Of a DNA stretch of 64,000 bases, positions 26,985-40,098 are shown piece after piece. The DNA comes from Eledone cirrhosa. Taxonomy: Eukaryota. The stretch is taken from assembly GCA_964016885.1 (NCBI GenBank), contig OZ024743.1:113832001-113896000 (forward strand), written 5' to 3'. The position numbers and the translations under genes were made by a program. Below the pieces are notes generated by a model, which saw only the letters and a list, made by a program, of their open reading frames with translations, ran no database searches and was not told the DNA's origin. Every line of letters begins with the position of its first letter. The stretch's first letter is position 1.

Positions 26985-29205
26985 ATATATATTCATGTAT
27001 AACTCACATACACATATACATATATATATTCATGTATAACACACACATATATATATATATATATAATACACATATATTCATGTATAACTCACACTCACAT
27101 ATACATACATATATTCATGTATAGCACACACACAGATATATATATATATACATAATACATATATTCATGTATAACACACACATACATACATATATATATT
27201 CATGTATAACTCACACACATATAAAACATATATATTCATGTATAACTCACACACATATAAAACATATCATCATCATCATCATCATCATCATTTTACGTCC
27301 GCTTTTCCCTGCTTGCAAGGGTGGGATGGGAACTGATTCTGGCTTGATTTCTACAGCTGGATGCCCTTCCTAACACCAACCTCATTTACAGTGTGGGCTG
27401 GGTCCTTTTTTGCCGTGGCACCTCCACGACCACTTTGCAGTGGAATGATAGGGACCCCAGCTCCTATCATCTCATTTCTACAGCTGAGTAAACTGGAGCA
27501 ATGTGAAATAAAGTGTCTTGCTCAAGGAAACAACACATCACTCGATCTGAGAATTGAACTCACAACCTTTCGATTGCAAGGCCAATGCTCTAACCACTAA
27601 GCCATGTGCCTCCAATATATATATATATTCATGTATAACTCACACACACATATAAAACATATATATATATATTCATGTATAACACACACACACATACTTA
27701 CGTATATATACATGTACAACTCACACACACATATAAAACATATATATATATATTCATGTATAACACACACACACATACATACGTATATATACATGTATAA
27801 CTCACACACACATATAAAACCTATATATATATTCATATATAACTCACACACATATAAAACATATATATATATATATTCATGTATAACACACACACATATA
27901 AAACCTATACATATATTCATGTATAAATCACACACACATATAAAACATATATATATATATATTCATGTATAACACACACACATATAAAACCTATATATAT
28001 ATATTCATGTATAACTCACATACACATATAAAACATATATATATATATTCATGTATAACACACACACACACATACATACGTATATATTCATGTATAGCTC
28101 ACACACACATATAAAACATATATATATATATTCATGTATAACACACACATATAAAACCTATATATATATATTCATATATAACTCACACACATATAAAACA
28201 TATATATATATTCATGTATAACACACACACATATAAAACCTATATATATATATTCATGCATAACACACACACACATATAAAACCTATATATATATTCATA
28301 TATAACTCACACACATATAAAACATATATATATATTCATGTATAACACACATGTGCATATAAAACCTATATATATATTCATGTATAACTCACACACACAT
28401 ATAAAACATATATATATATATTCATGTATAACACACACACATATAAAACCTATTTATATATTTATGTATAACTCACACACACATATAAAATATATATATA
28501 TATATATTCATGTATAACACACACACATATAAAACCTATATAATTATATATTCATGTATAACACACACACATATAAAACCTATATATATATTCATGTATA
28601 ACTCACACACACATATAAAACATATATATATATATTCATGTATAACACACACACATATAAAACCTATATATATATATTCATGTATAACTCACACACACAT
28701 ATAAAACATATATATATATATTCATGTATAACACACACATATAAAACCTATATATATATTCATGTATAACTCACACACACATATAAAACCTATATATATA
28801 TTCATGTATAACTCACATACACATATAAAACATATATATATATATTCATGTATAACACACACACATATAAAACCTATATATATATTCATGTATAACTCAC
28901 ATACACATATAAAACATATATATATATATATTCATGTATAACACACGCACATATAAAACCTATATATATATTCATGTATAACTCACACACACATAAAACA
29001 TATATATATTCATGTATAACACACACACACACATGCATACGTATATATTCATGTATAACTCACACACACATATAAAACATATATATATATATTCATGTAT
29101 AACACACACACATATAAAACCTATATATACATGTATAACTCTCACACACATATAAAACATATATATATATTCATGTATAACACACACACATATAAAACCT
29201 ATATA
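26985..29205. repeat. Minisatellite, unit of about 40 bp, attcatgtataac(t)cacacacatataaaac(c/a)tatatat
   Basis: Dozens of variable-length copies; interrupted by a SINE A. Confidence 0.96.
27266..27613 (-). mobile_element. SINE family A, full length
   Basis: Matches the other family A copies. Confidence 0.92.
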
Positions 29206-29529
29206 AATATATGTAATACATTGAAATACAAGCAAGAGACCTATTTCAAGCATATATTGTATATAAGTTTTGGATCTCAATACAACTAAGTTGAGATGCC
29301 ATGTTTCCTTTACGACAAAAGATAAATATACCCAGCACCAAAAGTTGGTTTTATCTTTTAAAATACTAATCAGAAGTCTATTGGTAAATATGACTAGAAA
29401 CGAAAATTATTCTTTCATTTTGGGAGTTTTGTGTTTCTTATAAAAAAAGATTTTCATGTTAAGAAATATCTGACTTGAAGTGTATTCAAATTCTTGTACA
29501 CACAAATCAATGTAGCCTGTGTGTATGTG

Positions 29530-29628
<99 letters not shown>

Positions 29629-30058
29629 GTGTGTGTGTATATGTATGTATATATATATATATATATAAATGCATGGGTGCGCATGTATATATATATATAT
29701 ATATGTGTGCATGGGTGTGTGTGTGTGTATATATATATATGCATGGGTGCGTGTGTATATATATATATGTGTGTATGTATGCTTATATATATGTGTGTAT
29801 GCTTATATATATATGTGTGTGTATGCTTATATATATATATGTGTGTGTGTGTGTGTATGCTTATATATACATGCATGTGTGTTTGTGTAAGTATGCATAT
29901 ATGTACATGTGTGTGTGTGTATCTATACATATTAATATATGTGTATATGCCATCTTTATTATCATGATATTCCCACACACACCCATATATACACACACAT
30001 ACATACATACACATATATATATAAATATATATATACACATATATACACACACATATAG

Positions 30059-30100
<42 letters not shown>

Positions 30101-30102
<2 letters not shown>

Positions 30103-30305
30103 CAAAGGAAATGTGGTAAGGAACCAGATGGATCATAACACACCAAAGTACTCAATACTTAGGGTAGTAGAGTGGGTAATAGGAACGAGTAGGACCCCAA
30201 CAGCTGAGCTCAAGCCGTTTCGACGGCTAATTCTGGACTAAAACGTTTTTGTCCAGAATTAGCCGTCGAAATGGGTTGAGCTCAGCCGTCGGGGTCCTAC
30301 TCGTT

Positions 30306-30361
<56 letters not shown>

Positions 30362-30468
30362 AAAAAGTATGGGGTCATACTTTTTCCTATTTCCCACTCT
30401 ACTACCCTAAGTATTGAGTACTCTGGTGCGTTATGGTCCATCTGGTTCCTTACCACATTTCCTTTGTT
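30101..30468. repeat. Nested palindrome complex within (TA)n
   Basis: Outer arms 30101-30185 and 30384-30468; inner palindrome 30179-30310 centred on aaaacgtttt; small palindrome 30357-30390. Confidence 0.93.
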
Positions 30469-30552
30469 ATATATATATATATATATATATATGATGATGA
30501 TGATATATATATATATCATTATCTCATATATATGTATGTTAGTGTGTATATA

Positions 30553-30584
<32 letters not shown>

Positions 30585-30915
30585 AAATCATCATCATCGT
30601 TGGAAGATAGACGTTAAATGATGATGGTGATGATGATGATGATATATATCAGAGAGAGAGAGTCTGTGTTTTATCATGGAAAATGTTGGTGTAAGAATCA
30701 TATTTCTTATAGTTCTAGATATGTAATTCAAAGAATTCCAAAAAAATACTTCAGACTTGAAGTCAATCCAACTTCCTTATTGCCTAAGCAGATTTATTCG
30801 GCATATGTAGAGAATTTAGAAAAGCTGGTGAGAGAAGCAATACATGTTAATGTCCTAGTTTAGGGTCATAAATAAATGAATTTGTATCAACACATAATTA
30901 AATATATATATATAT

Positions 30916-31216
30916 GGAGGCACATGGCTTATTGGTTAGAGCATTGGCTTTGCAATCGAAAGGTTGTGAGTTCAATTCTCAGACCGGGTGATGTGTTGTT
31001 TCCTTGAGCAAGACACTTTATTTCACATTGCTCCAGTTTACTCAGCTGTAGAAATGAGATGATAGCGACTGCGGTCCCTATCATTTCACTGCAAAGTGGT
31101 CGTGGAGGTACTACAGAAAAAAAAAGTACCCAGCACTCACTGTAAATGAGGTTGGTGTTAGGAAGGGCATCCAGCTGTAGAAATCAACCCAGAATCAGTT
31201 CCCATCCCACCCTTGC
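30916..31216 (+). mobile_element. SINE family A, tail clipped
   Basis: ggaggcacatggctt...cccaccttgc; no (ATG)n tail. Confidence 0.9.
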
Positions 31217-31293
31217 TCGGGATTCTAAAGCTCTCAACATTTGTAGTTTGTAGTTACGATGGAGATTCAGTATAATAATAACAGTATAATAAT

Positions 31294-31603
31294 AAAGATG
31301 CTGATGTTACATAAATCGTGTATTCATTATAATTATTTTAACGGTTCTCCCATGCAATCAAGATGTAATTCATGCATTTGTTGTTGTTATGAGAACGGTA
31401 TCCTCAGATGAAATTTGATTTTGCTGGATGCACAAGCAAAATGATATGTTTTTTTCCTGCTGGCAGCATATCACAAAATCGAATTTCATCTGAGGATACC
31501 GTTCTCATAGCAACAACAAATGCATGAATTACATCTTGATTGCATGGGAGAACCGTTGAAATAATTATAATGAATAAACGATTTATGTAACATCAGCATC
31601 TTT
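31294..31603. repeat. Inverted repeat, 130-bp arms, 50-bp spacer
   Basis: 31294-31423 versus 31474-31603, about 4 mismatches by eye. Confidence 0.93.
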
Positions 31604-31874
31604 GTTAATGTTATTTTTAAATATATATGTATATATGTATGTATATGTGTGCATACATATATGTATGTGTGTGTGTATGTAAATATGTATATATATATAT
31701 ACATTTAATTTAATTGGCAGTAGCACTAAAATAGCGTTAAGCATAATAAGGGTGTATTTATTATGCCAATTATTCCTAGGAGTGTTATGGGAGAAGAGTC
31801 CTCAAGTAAGTCTTCCAGTGGGTCCTGTCAAAGCTTACATATTTATATACAATAAATATCAAGAATATGCTTTC

Positions 31875-32165
31875 ATAGAAGCCTTTATGCTTCACCAAAT
31901 TGAGAAATCACAGCTCCGATACTAATAACATCTGGTTAAAATGCCTAAGAAAAGAATCACTGGACAGATTTTACAGGCAAAAAGCAACTGGCAGGAGACT
32001 CATAGGTCGAGCCCGAGCAAGATAGTTAGATAACATCCATGAGCTTGGCTGGTCTCACTTGGGGATCAAGCCAGATCAATTGGAAATGGTTGCTTTTGAC
32101 AGGACCCATTGGAAGGCATACTTGAGGACTCTGCTCCTACAGCACTCCCAGGAATAAGTAGGCAA
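31875..32165 (+). pseudogene. Highly decayed RTE C-terminal fragment
   Basis: QIEKSQLR and G-R-P-R-like remnants with stops. Confidence 0.55.
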
Positions 32166-32838
32166 AGTAGAGAGGTTCTTACATAAAATTATGATGGGAG
32201 GTTTTTAGACAAATATAAAAACTTTAAAAGAAACAGCTTTGTAATGCAGAAACAGAAGCAGTTTTCTGTGGGTTGATATCAAAAGAGTTAAAATATTCTA
32301 TATGTTTCTTATTGTGAATTTATTGTTGAACAGAAGTATACAATAATGAAAATATTTAAAAAAAAAAAAGGATTAACATAATAAGCAGGAAGATAGAGAA
32401 TAAAAGGAGTCAGAAAAAAAATTAGATAATAAAAAAGAGGTATGTGGGTGAGAGGGAACACCCTTGCTATGCAGTATATCTCAGTTGCACCCTCAGTTCA
32501 GGTACTGAGGATATCAGAGGTCTCAATAGGTACTTGATGTGATTTCCTGGTATATAAATACCTATCTTATTTAGCTGGAATGTTTTCTTTTATGAGAATT
32601 TTTGTCATTTCTATTGTTAAACTCCTTATAAGGCCAGATCAAGCAGACATGATCAAAGCTGTTCCAACCCTTAGCATTCTGTTTTCTTTTCAAACATTAT
32701 ATTTAGGACTACTTTATCCAACTGGCTCCTTTCTGAGGGTTTCTGGCAGGTCGGCTGATGACGTAAAGACTCCCTTCCTCTCTCAAAGTCAAACTAACTG
32801 TGTGAATACAAACTTGTTGACTGATTCATGAGTTGTAA

Positions 32839-33530
32839 CCCTTTCATTACCATATTTCTAATGAAATACACAGTATTAATTAATACGCTCTATTTAAATT
32901 AATTAACAAAGGATTTGAAAAGATTTACTAAAATTATGCTTTATTTCCTCATTAAGATGTTATTTGTAACATAACTTAACACGAAAAGGTTCTTATATTA
33001 AATGATGATGGAAGGTTTAATTTAAATAGAAAGTGTTCAAATCATTTTGAAAATAATTATGAATTTAGCGATGTAACTGACTTTCTCATTATCGATCTGG
33101 GGTTTGGAGCATAAGTTATCAAAGGTTCTTATATAAAGTTATGATGAAAGGTTTTGAGATAAATATACACTTTAACCCTTTCATTTCTATATTTTTGATG
33201 AGATATATTGCCTATGCTTTCAAATTAATTTTAGAAACAAAAACAAATTGAGAAGGATTTAGTAAATGCAAATAAGCTGGTGCTTGAAATATATTTTTAA
33301 AATATTCTTAGATAAAATTTATGATTCATAGTTTTAGTTTAAATTGGGCAGTTCTATGTCAAAGAACCAGGAGTGGTTTTGGATTGGTTGATATTAAAAG
33401 GGTTAAAATTACCATCTTTTTATCATATACCCTGGGGTAGTTTTAGATGGGTTGATGTTAAAGGGTTAAAATAAACATCTTTGGATCATAGAATCTGGGG
33501 TTGGTTTCAGTGGGTTAGTATCAAAAGGGT
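32839..33530. mobile_element. Cluster of nested or degenerate TTAA-CCCTTT...AAAGGG-TTAA MITEs
   Basis: Two left ends (32839, about 33176) and three right ends aaagggttaa (about 33400, 33465, 33528). Confidence 0.6.
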
Positions 33531-33734
33531 TAAGTTAAAATTTGCTGCAGATATTTCATTGTGCTTCAGTTCAGAATAAATACCAGATCCTCTTGAAGAA
33601 TTATGTTCCATGTCTACTTACCAAAGGTATAGAGGAACCATATAAAAGTATCTTTTCTCGAATAATCTAATAGATTCATTATTTAACCCTTTCAAAACCA
33701 ATCCACTCACTTGAGATCTTCAGTGATTCATCAC

Positions 33735-33966
33735 CATCACCCTCATCATCATCATCGTTTAACTATTTTCCATGCTAGCATGGGTTAAATGGGTTGTCCC
33801 GTTTGAGGCAAGTTGGGTCAGATGACCATGTCTGGCTAATATAGAACTGTTTCTGACTTGGTTACTACAGTCTGATGCCCTTCCTAATGCCAATCACATT
33901 TACAGTGTGTGCTGGATGCTTTTTGTCATGACACCTACACAACCACATTACAGTGTGGGCTGGGTA
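33735..33966 (-). mobile_element. Older V-like SINE fragment
   Basis: (cat)n tail, gatgcccttcctaatgccaa, tttacagtgtg repeats. Confidence 0.7.
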
Positions 33967-35484
33967 CTGGGGCAATGGTGTAATGGCATGGGAGAAAGGT
34001 GGTGTGATCAGATATGGGTGAGGTGTTGGGGCATGAGTAGTATATGAAAGGCTGAGGGAGGACAGTGGTTAAGAGGTGTATACTAGATGTATGCTTCAAT
34101 CTGTGTACATGGGAATGTGGATCTTCTGTGTTACTGCATAACGCCAAAGATCTTGATTGATATAAAATCTCTTATTTTACATTGTTTATATTTAAATTAA
34201 AACTTTAATTCATAGTTTTATGTAAGAACTTTTGTTATGTTCCAAACACAAGTTTAATAAAAAAAATGTCTAATTTAGGCTCGAGGCCAGAAAATGTTTG
34301 TGTGTGGGGGGTGGGGGTGTTGATTATATCAACCCAGGTACATTATTTTAAAACAAGTTTATTTGTGAGAAATTTAGGTAGGTTATTTACTAAATTTTTG
34401 GATATTTTCAAAAATATTTGAAACACATAAGTAACAAAAGGTTTCAAGAATCATGTTGTGTTTTACTTTTTAATGTTACGATAGTCAATAGTCTTCCAAT
34501 GTATTTGTTCATATGCTGTAATTCCAAAAAATAAATTTTAGCCATATGAGTAGTGCCGATTTCACAAAAGAAAGCACCCTGTCCACTCTATGAATTGGTA
34601 GTGTTGGCACCATGACATCTAGTCCACCCAGTAAGGAGGCAATGCCAGTGTCATGGCAAAAAGCTTCCACTACATGCTGTAGAAACTATGTTCCCAGAAC
34701 ACGATGTAAAGTGGTTGGCATTAGGAAGGGCATCCAACTATAGAAACCAAGCCAAAACAATGCATACCAGTAGGACCTAGTTATCTGACAGTTCTGACCT
34801 CATCAGGTGATTGCTGTCTGTGCTCATGTCCATATGTGCTTGTTTCTCTTGCGCACTCGTCTGTGTTCATGTGGCACCTTTTGCTGCAGCTGTGGCGTCG
34901 TCCCCACCACTTCCCAGTTCTATCCACCTTTATGACTTCACACCTTGTAGCTTAGCCATTTACGGTTCTACCACTGTATTGTTGTATGTGAAGCTAAGCA
35001 GCTTCTCTTACGACCATACCAGGTAATAAAATATACAGGCTACTACAATCTCCACTTTTCTACACAGCCCCTCTCGACTGCTGCTATGTGTGTTTATGTA
35101 CATATATGTAGAAATTCATATACATTGTTGTTATACACCCCCTAACGTCAGTCAGTTCATGTACACATGCACACTCATTTATCTCCAATCTCTGAGAAGC
35201 CATCCCATCACTGTTCAAGGCTTCTCCATCTAACATACAAACACACCTTCACACGCACACACACACACACACGCACAAAAACATGTACGTATGCTCACTT
35301 GTCCACCCCACATATACATTGATTACCTCCCTTCCTAAACCTCTCTAATGCGAAAGATACTTGACCAGCCACTCTTCAAGATGGCTGACTGAATACACAA
35401 GTGTGTTTTTTTCTCCCCCATTTTTTCCTCATTCCTTCCTCGTATCACTCTTTACTTTCTATTTATCTTCTATTTCTAACTCTA

Positions 35485-35520
35485 TCTTCTGATGAAGGAC
35501 TAGTGTCTGAAACGTTAAGG
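35485..35520 (+). ncRNA. Minimal type I hammerhead ribozyme motif (second copy)
   Basis: Identical to 26751-26786 except the last base (G.U pair in stem I). Confidence 0.78.
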
Positions 35521-36339
35521 CTCTCTTCCTGCTATTTCAAGCATTAAACTAATATATTTCTTCCATGTACTGTGCTGTTTGTTTTGTTATTTCTGTTTGC
35601 CTTTTACACACACAAAAACACCCTCATATATATACACACACACACCCTCATATATATATAATGTGTGCACACACACACATATATGTATGTGTGTGTTTGT
35701 GTGTATGCATTGATTCAATTAATAATTAGAGTTAATTTTGTTTTGGTAACATACATTTTAGCCTAGAGGTTTTTTCCAGTTTGGTATGAGTTTGTAAGCA
35801 AAATCATTATTCTTACATTAAATTGACATTTTTTATATATTTGCTTTATTCATTTGAAGGAATTTAAATCTATTACAATAATTATTTATAAATTTAAACA
35901 GATTATTTCTCTCAGCATCTAATTATTCTATTTGATTCAAGTTTACCAGCTGACAGTTTCCATCTCATAAATTCAGTGAATTTATTAGAAACCTGGCCAC
36001 AGCCACCCACAGCGCTGAGGAAAAGAAGAGAACTGAATACCAATATTTAACCATCCAATTCTTTCTTTATTATGCCAATCATTGTCAAGAACTCCAGTGT
36101 CCTCAGTTTTCAAATTGTTGTTCTCCTATCCAAAATTGAGAGGGGTGCATCAAGCTTGAGAAAAGAACCCTGTGAGGTTGAGTGGTTGATGCAGTGGATG
36201 TTGCCATTTTGTCTGCAGGGAGTAGCTTGAAATATACTGTCTAGATTATTTAACAATGTGAGTGTGTGTCTATGAAACATATACATATACACCAGGTCTG
36301 AACACAAAGGAATCAAATTCCCACTGTCACTGCCTCATT

Positions 36340-36575
36340 CTCTCCCGCTCACCCCATCTCTCACTATTATGAGCAAATGCGGGCCCATGTGCTGGCCACC
36401 CTGCGGCCCTGGTGGACAGAATAGAGAAGGTGTTTCCTCAGAGGATGGTGGGGGAGACACACTGGAAGAGCCATTCTATCTTGTGTGGCTCACATCTGTT
36501 GGTAGCCAAATCTGTACCGATGTTAGTGAGTAGGGAGGTGGCCCAGGGTCAGGGACACCAGAAGTCTCCACTACT
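36340..36575 (-). pseudogene. CRE-clade non-LTR retrotransposon C-terminal fragment
   Basis: Homologous to 43540-43790 (VETSGV...EWLFQ...GN). Confidence 0.65.
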
Positions 36576-36709
36576 TGTGGTGTAGAGCCTATTCTCCCCT
36601 CCCCTTTTTAATTCTTTTTATTCACATTTTTTTCTCTTTCTTTTTAATTTTTTTATAAATTTAAGGATTATTTAATCCAATGGAAATTTGTTGAATGAAA
36701 TAGTTTCAC

Positions 36710-36890
36710 ATCATCATCACCATCATCATCATTTTACATGCTTTTCCATGCTTACATGGGCTTCGTAGGTCTTTGCCAGTACAACATCCTCCACTTACTG
36801 CAAGCATTCATCACCTCAACAGTGAGGTTCAGTGATTTGAGACTAACTCTCACAAACACTGACCAGATCCCTCCTGGTCTCCCAACTTAA
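36710..36890 (-). mobile_element. Decayed RTE 3' end
   Basis: (cat)n-ttttacatgcttttccatgcttacatggg tail followed by an RTE C-terminal remnant. Confidence 0.6.
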
Positions 36891-37344
36891 AAAAAAAAGA
36901 AATATATAGAAAGGCTCCTTGACCTAAGATTTTATATTGGCACGAGGTTGACTTTGCCTTTCATCCTTACGGGGTCGATAAAATAAAGTACCAGTAATGC
37001 ACTCGGTAATTGCTGGCCTTGTGCCTAAAGTAGAAACAATTATTAGAGCAGAACCTAAACTTTTGATTTCCATTGCCATCAACAGATTGGGGGCTATTTT
37101 CTTTTCTTTTTACAAATCCGTTTCACTATAATCATTCTCCCATCTTTCATAAAGAGCAAACAGAACTGACTGATTCTGATTCTATCACATTCACAGTAAT
37201 CTTACTTTCAACCTTGACCAGTAGAATTTGACAAACAACCATTACATATCTCTACTGATACAGATATTTCAGGCAAAAATAATAAATAAACAAATAAACA
37301 AATAAAAAAATTCCTTTAATTCATGCAGCAATGTGATTTCATCT

Positions 37345-37795
<451 letters not shown>

Positions 37796-39216
37796 TTTTT
37801 CAGTTGCATAGATCATAACAGAAGTTGTAAATATATGAGAATGGCTTTTCTATTTGAACCCTGTTGGCATTCGGATCAATAAATACTTGCTCTGACTGCG
37901 GCCTGGAATATATCATTAACACATACATACCATTCCTCCATTCCTCTATTCCAGCATCAACTACTCTTGTGTTACTCTCAATAACAGATATATTGAACAT
38001 TTTATTCTGAAATAGAGTCACTTTAAGCATTCATAAACCAAGCTGGTGTTATATAAACTAAACAAATGCTGATATCATAACTAACAGACCATTGCTTTTG
38101 AATTATATTTTCAAAATCAGATCTCAACTTTTATAACCTATAAGAAATTTTATGTTGATTAAGTTTTGAGTTGTAATATTTTTACAATTGTTGATCAACA
38201 AAGCTATGATTTAGTAGGTAAGTTGAAGTCATTAATCAAGATAGACCACAGTCAAAATAAAGTACTTCCTGTCTAAGGAAGGAGCCCTCATGAGGTGGAA
38301 TGGCTAATGTAGCAAGTTCTACTGGCCTATGCAGTGAGTATTGCTGGTTGTTCACTGTGGTAAAACCTTTGCTATTTTGTTCATGAGGTGCTGTTGAGAT
38401 ATACCATCTAGACTGGGGTGTTGACATTGCCACCTCCTCCTATTGAGAAATACCCGCTAAACTGGGGTGTAGGTTGTTCTGCCACTTCCTGTTCATTTTT
38501 CCTTACTTTTCCTATTTAATTTCTTTGTTCTTTTTCTTCTTTTTCTTCTTTTTCTTCTTTTTCTTCTTTTTCTTCTTTTTCTTCTTTTTTTATTGCAAAC
38601 ATTATGTAATTTAAGTCTAAATAAATATGGTTTGAATAAGAGCAACTTTTATTTGACTTTGAAGAGCTGTCATGCTGTATGTAGTAGTTGTATCATCGGT
38701 TTAGTAGTACTTTCTAAAAATAAATAAAGCACCATTAAACCTATAGTTTTATGGTTCCCTATTTAAGGCCTGTCTAAATCAACTTCATCTGTCATCCTTA
38801 TATTGTTTTGTATGAAGTTTGTGGGTTTGCAGAGGATAGGAGAGAGGACTGATATTTCATGGCTGAGAGAGAAAAAATGTAATTTTCTCTCTCTCTGTGA
38901 TAATAGGACGTTCTTAAAATATTTGATTTCTCTTCCTTCTAAGACTACACACTTATCCAAATCATAATCAACATTGTATAATTTTTCCTGACACAGACCT
39001 TCATCAGTTTCCTCAGTAATTGTTAATTGTAATGTTAATTCTACATATCCTCATTTCACCTTTGCTGATGGTAATATGAGCCTACTGACTACCTGGGAGT
39101 GTGGTCTATCATATGGTCCATGAAGAGGGTTCTCATGTCCACTTAACATTTTATAGTAGTAACTAAATACTGATGCATAAAAATCCTTTAGAACTTTAAA
39201 AGCATATGTGGCACAT

Positions 39217-39558
39217 GGAGGCACATGGCTTAGTGGTTAGAGCATTGGCCTTGCAATCGAAAGGTTGTGAGTTCAATTCTCAGACCGGGTGATGTGTTGT
39301 TTCCTTGAGCAAGACACTTTATTTCACATTGCTCCAGTTTACTCAGCTGTAGAAATGAAATGATAGGGACTGGGGTCCCTATCATTCCACTGCAAAGTGG
39401 TCGTTGAGGTGCCACGGCAAAAAAAGCACCCAGCACTCACTGTAAAATGAGGTTGGTGTTAGGAAGGGCATCCAGCTGTAGAAATCAAGCCAGAATCAGT
39501 TCCCGTCCCACCCTTGCAAGCAGCGAAAAGCGGACATAAAATGATGATGATGATGATG
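39217..39558 (+). mobile_element. SINE family A, full length
   Basis: A box tggcttagtgg, B box gagttcaattc, (atg)n tail. Confidence 0.93.
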
Positions 39559-39724
39559 TATATTTAGTTGTTGTTGAACTCTTAACCTCTTATACCACAT
39601 GAAACTACATTTGCAAAATATTCCTGAAAAGTATTAAAAGAGCACTATGGCTGTATTATGTTAAAAATTGAAGATTTTACTTAACATGGCAAATGAAATT
39701 TTTTCAATATTTTGTCTACCAGTA

Positions 39725-39895
39725 CCGTATTTCCTGGTCTCGAAGACGCTATTTTTTTCCCTAAAATAAATCTAAAAAAATCTACCATGCATTCTGGAGG
39801 CCGAAGGTTGTTTATTATTTTATTTTCAAATTTTTGGTTGTCAAAATTGGGGTGCATCCTCGAGGACGAAGTGTTTTCGGCACCGGGAAATACGG
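39725..39895. mobile_element. Tc1/mariner(pogo)-type MITE
   Basis: TA|ccgtatttcc...ggaaatacgg|TA; inverted homolog of 5910-6076. Confidence 0.9.
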
Positions 39896-40098
39896 TAAAT
39901 ACTATAAACATTTCAATTAGCAAACTTGTTTTTAGATATTTTCTGCTATATCATTACAAGATGTTAAAAGTCAATTAAGAACTACAAATAGGCAAAAATT
40001 ATTCGTAGCATAATTGACTGCATCACAGTAGATATTACATACGTTTGTCTAATGCTGCAAATTTTCAGAATGATTTGTCATTTAATAAAGATACTATA

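Noticed and set aside
38980-39015. CTGATGA...GAAA on the minus strand (orphan CTGATGA also at about 32755, 53809 and 59407)
   Set aside because: Stems do not form, or GAAA is absent.
39217-39290. tRNA gene
   Set aside because: A and B boxes are present, but this is the head of a multi-copy SINE with no convincing acceptor stem.
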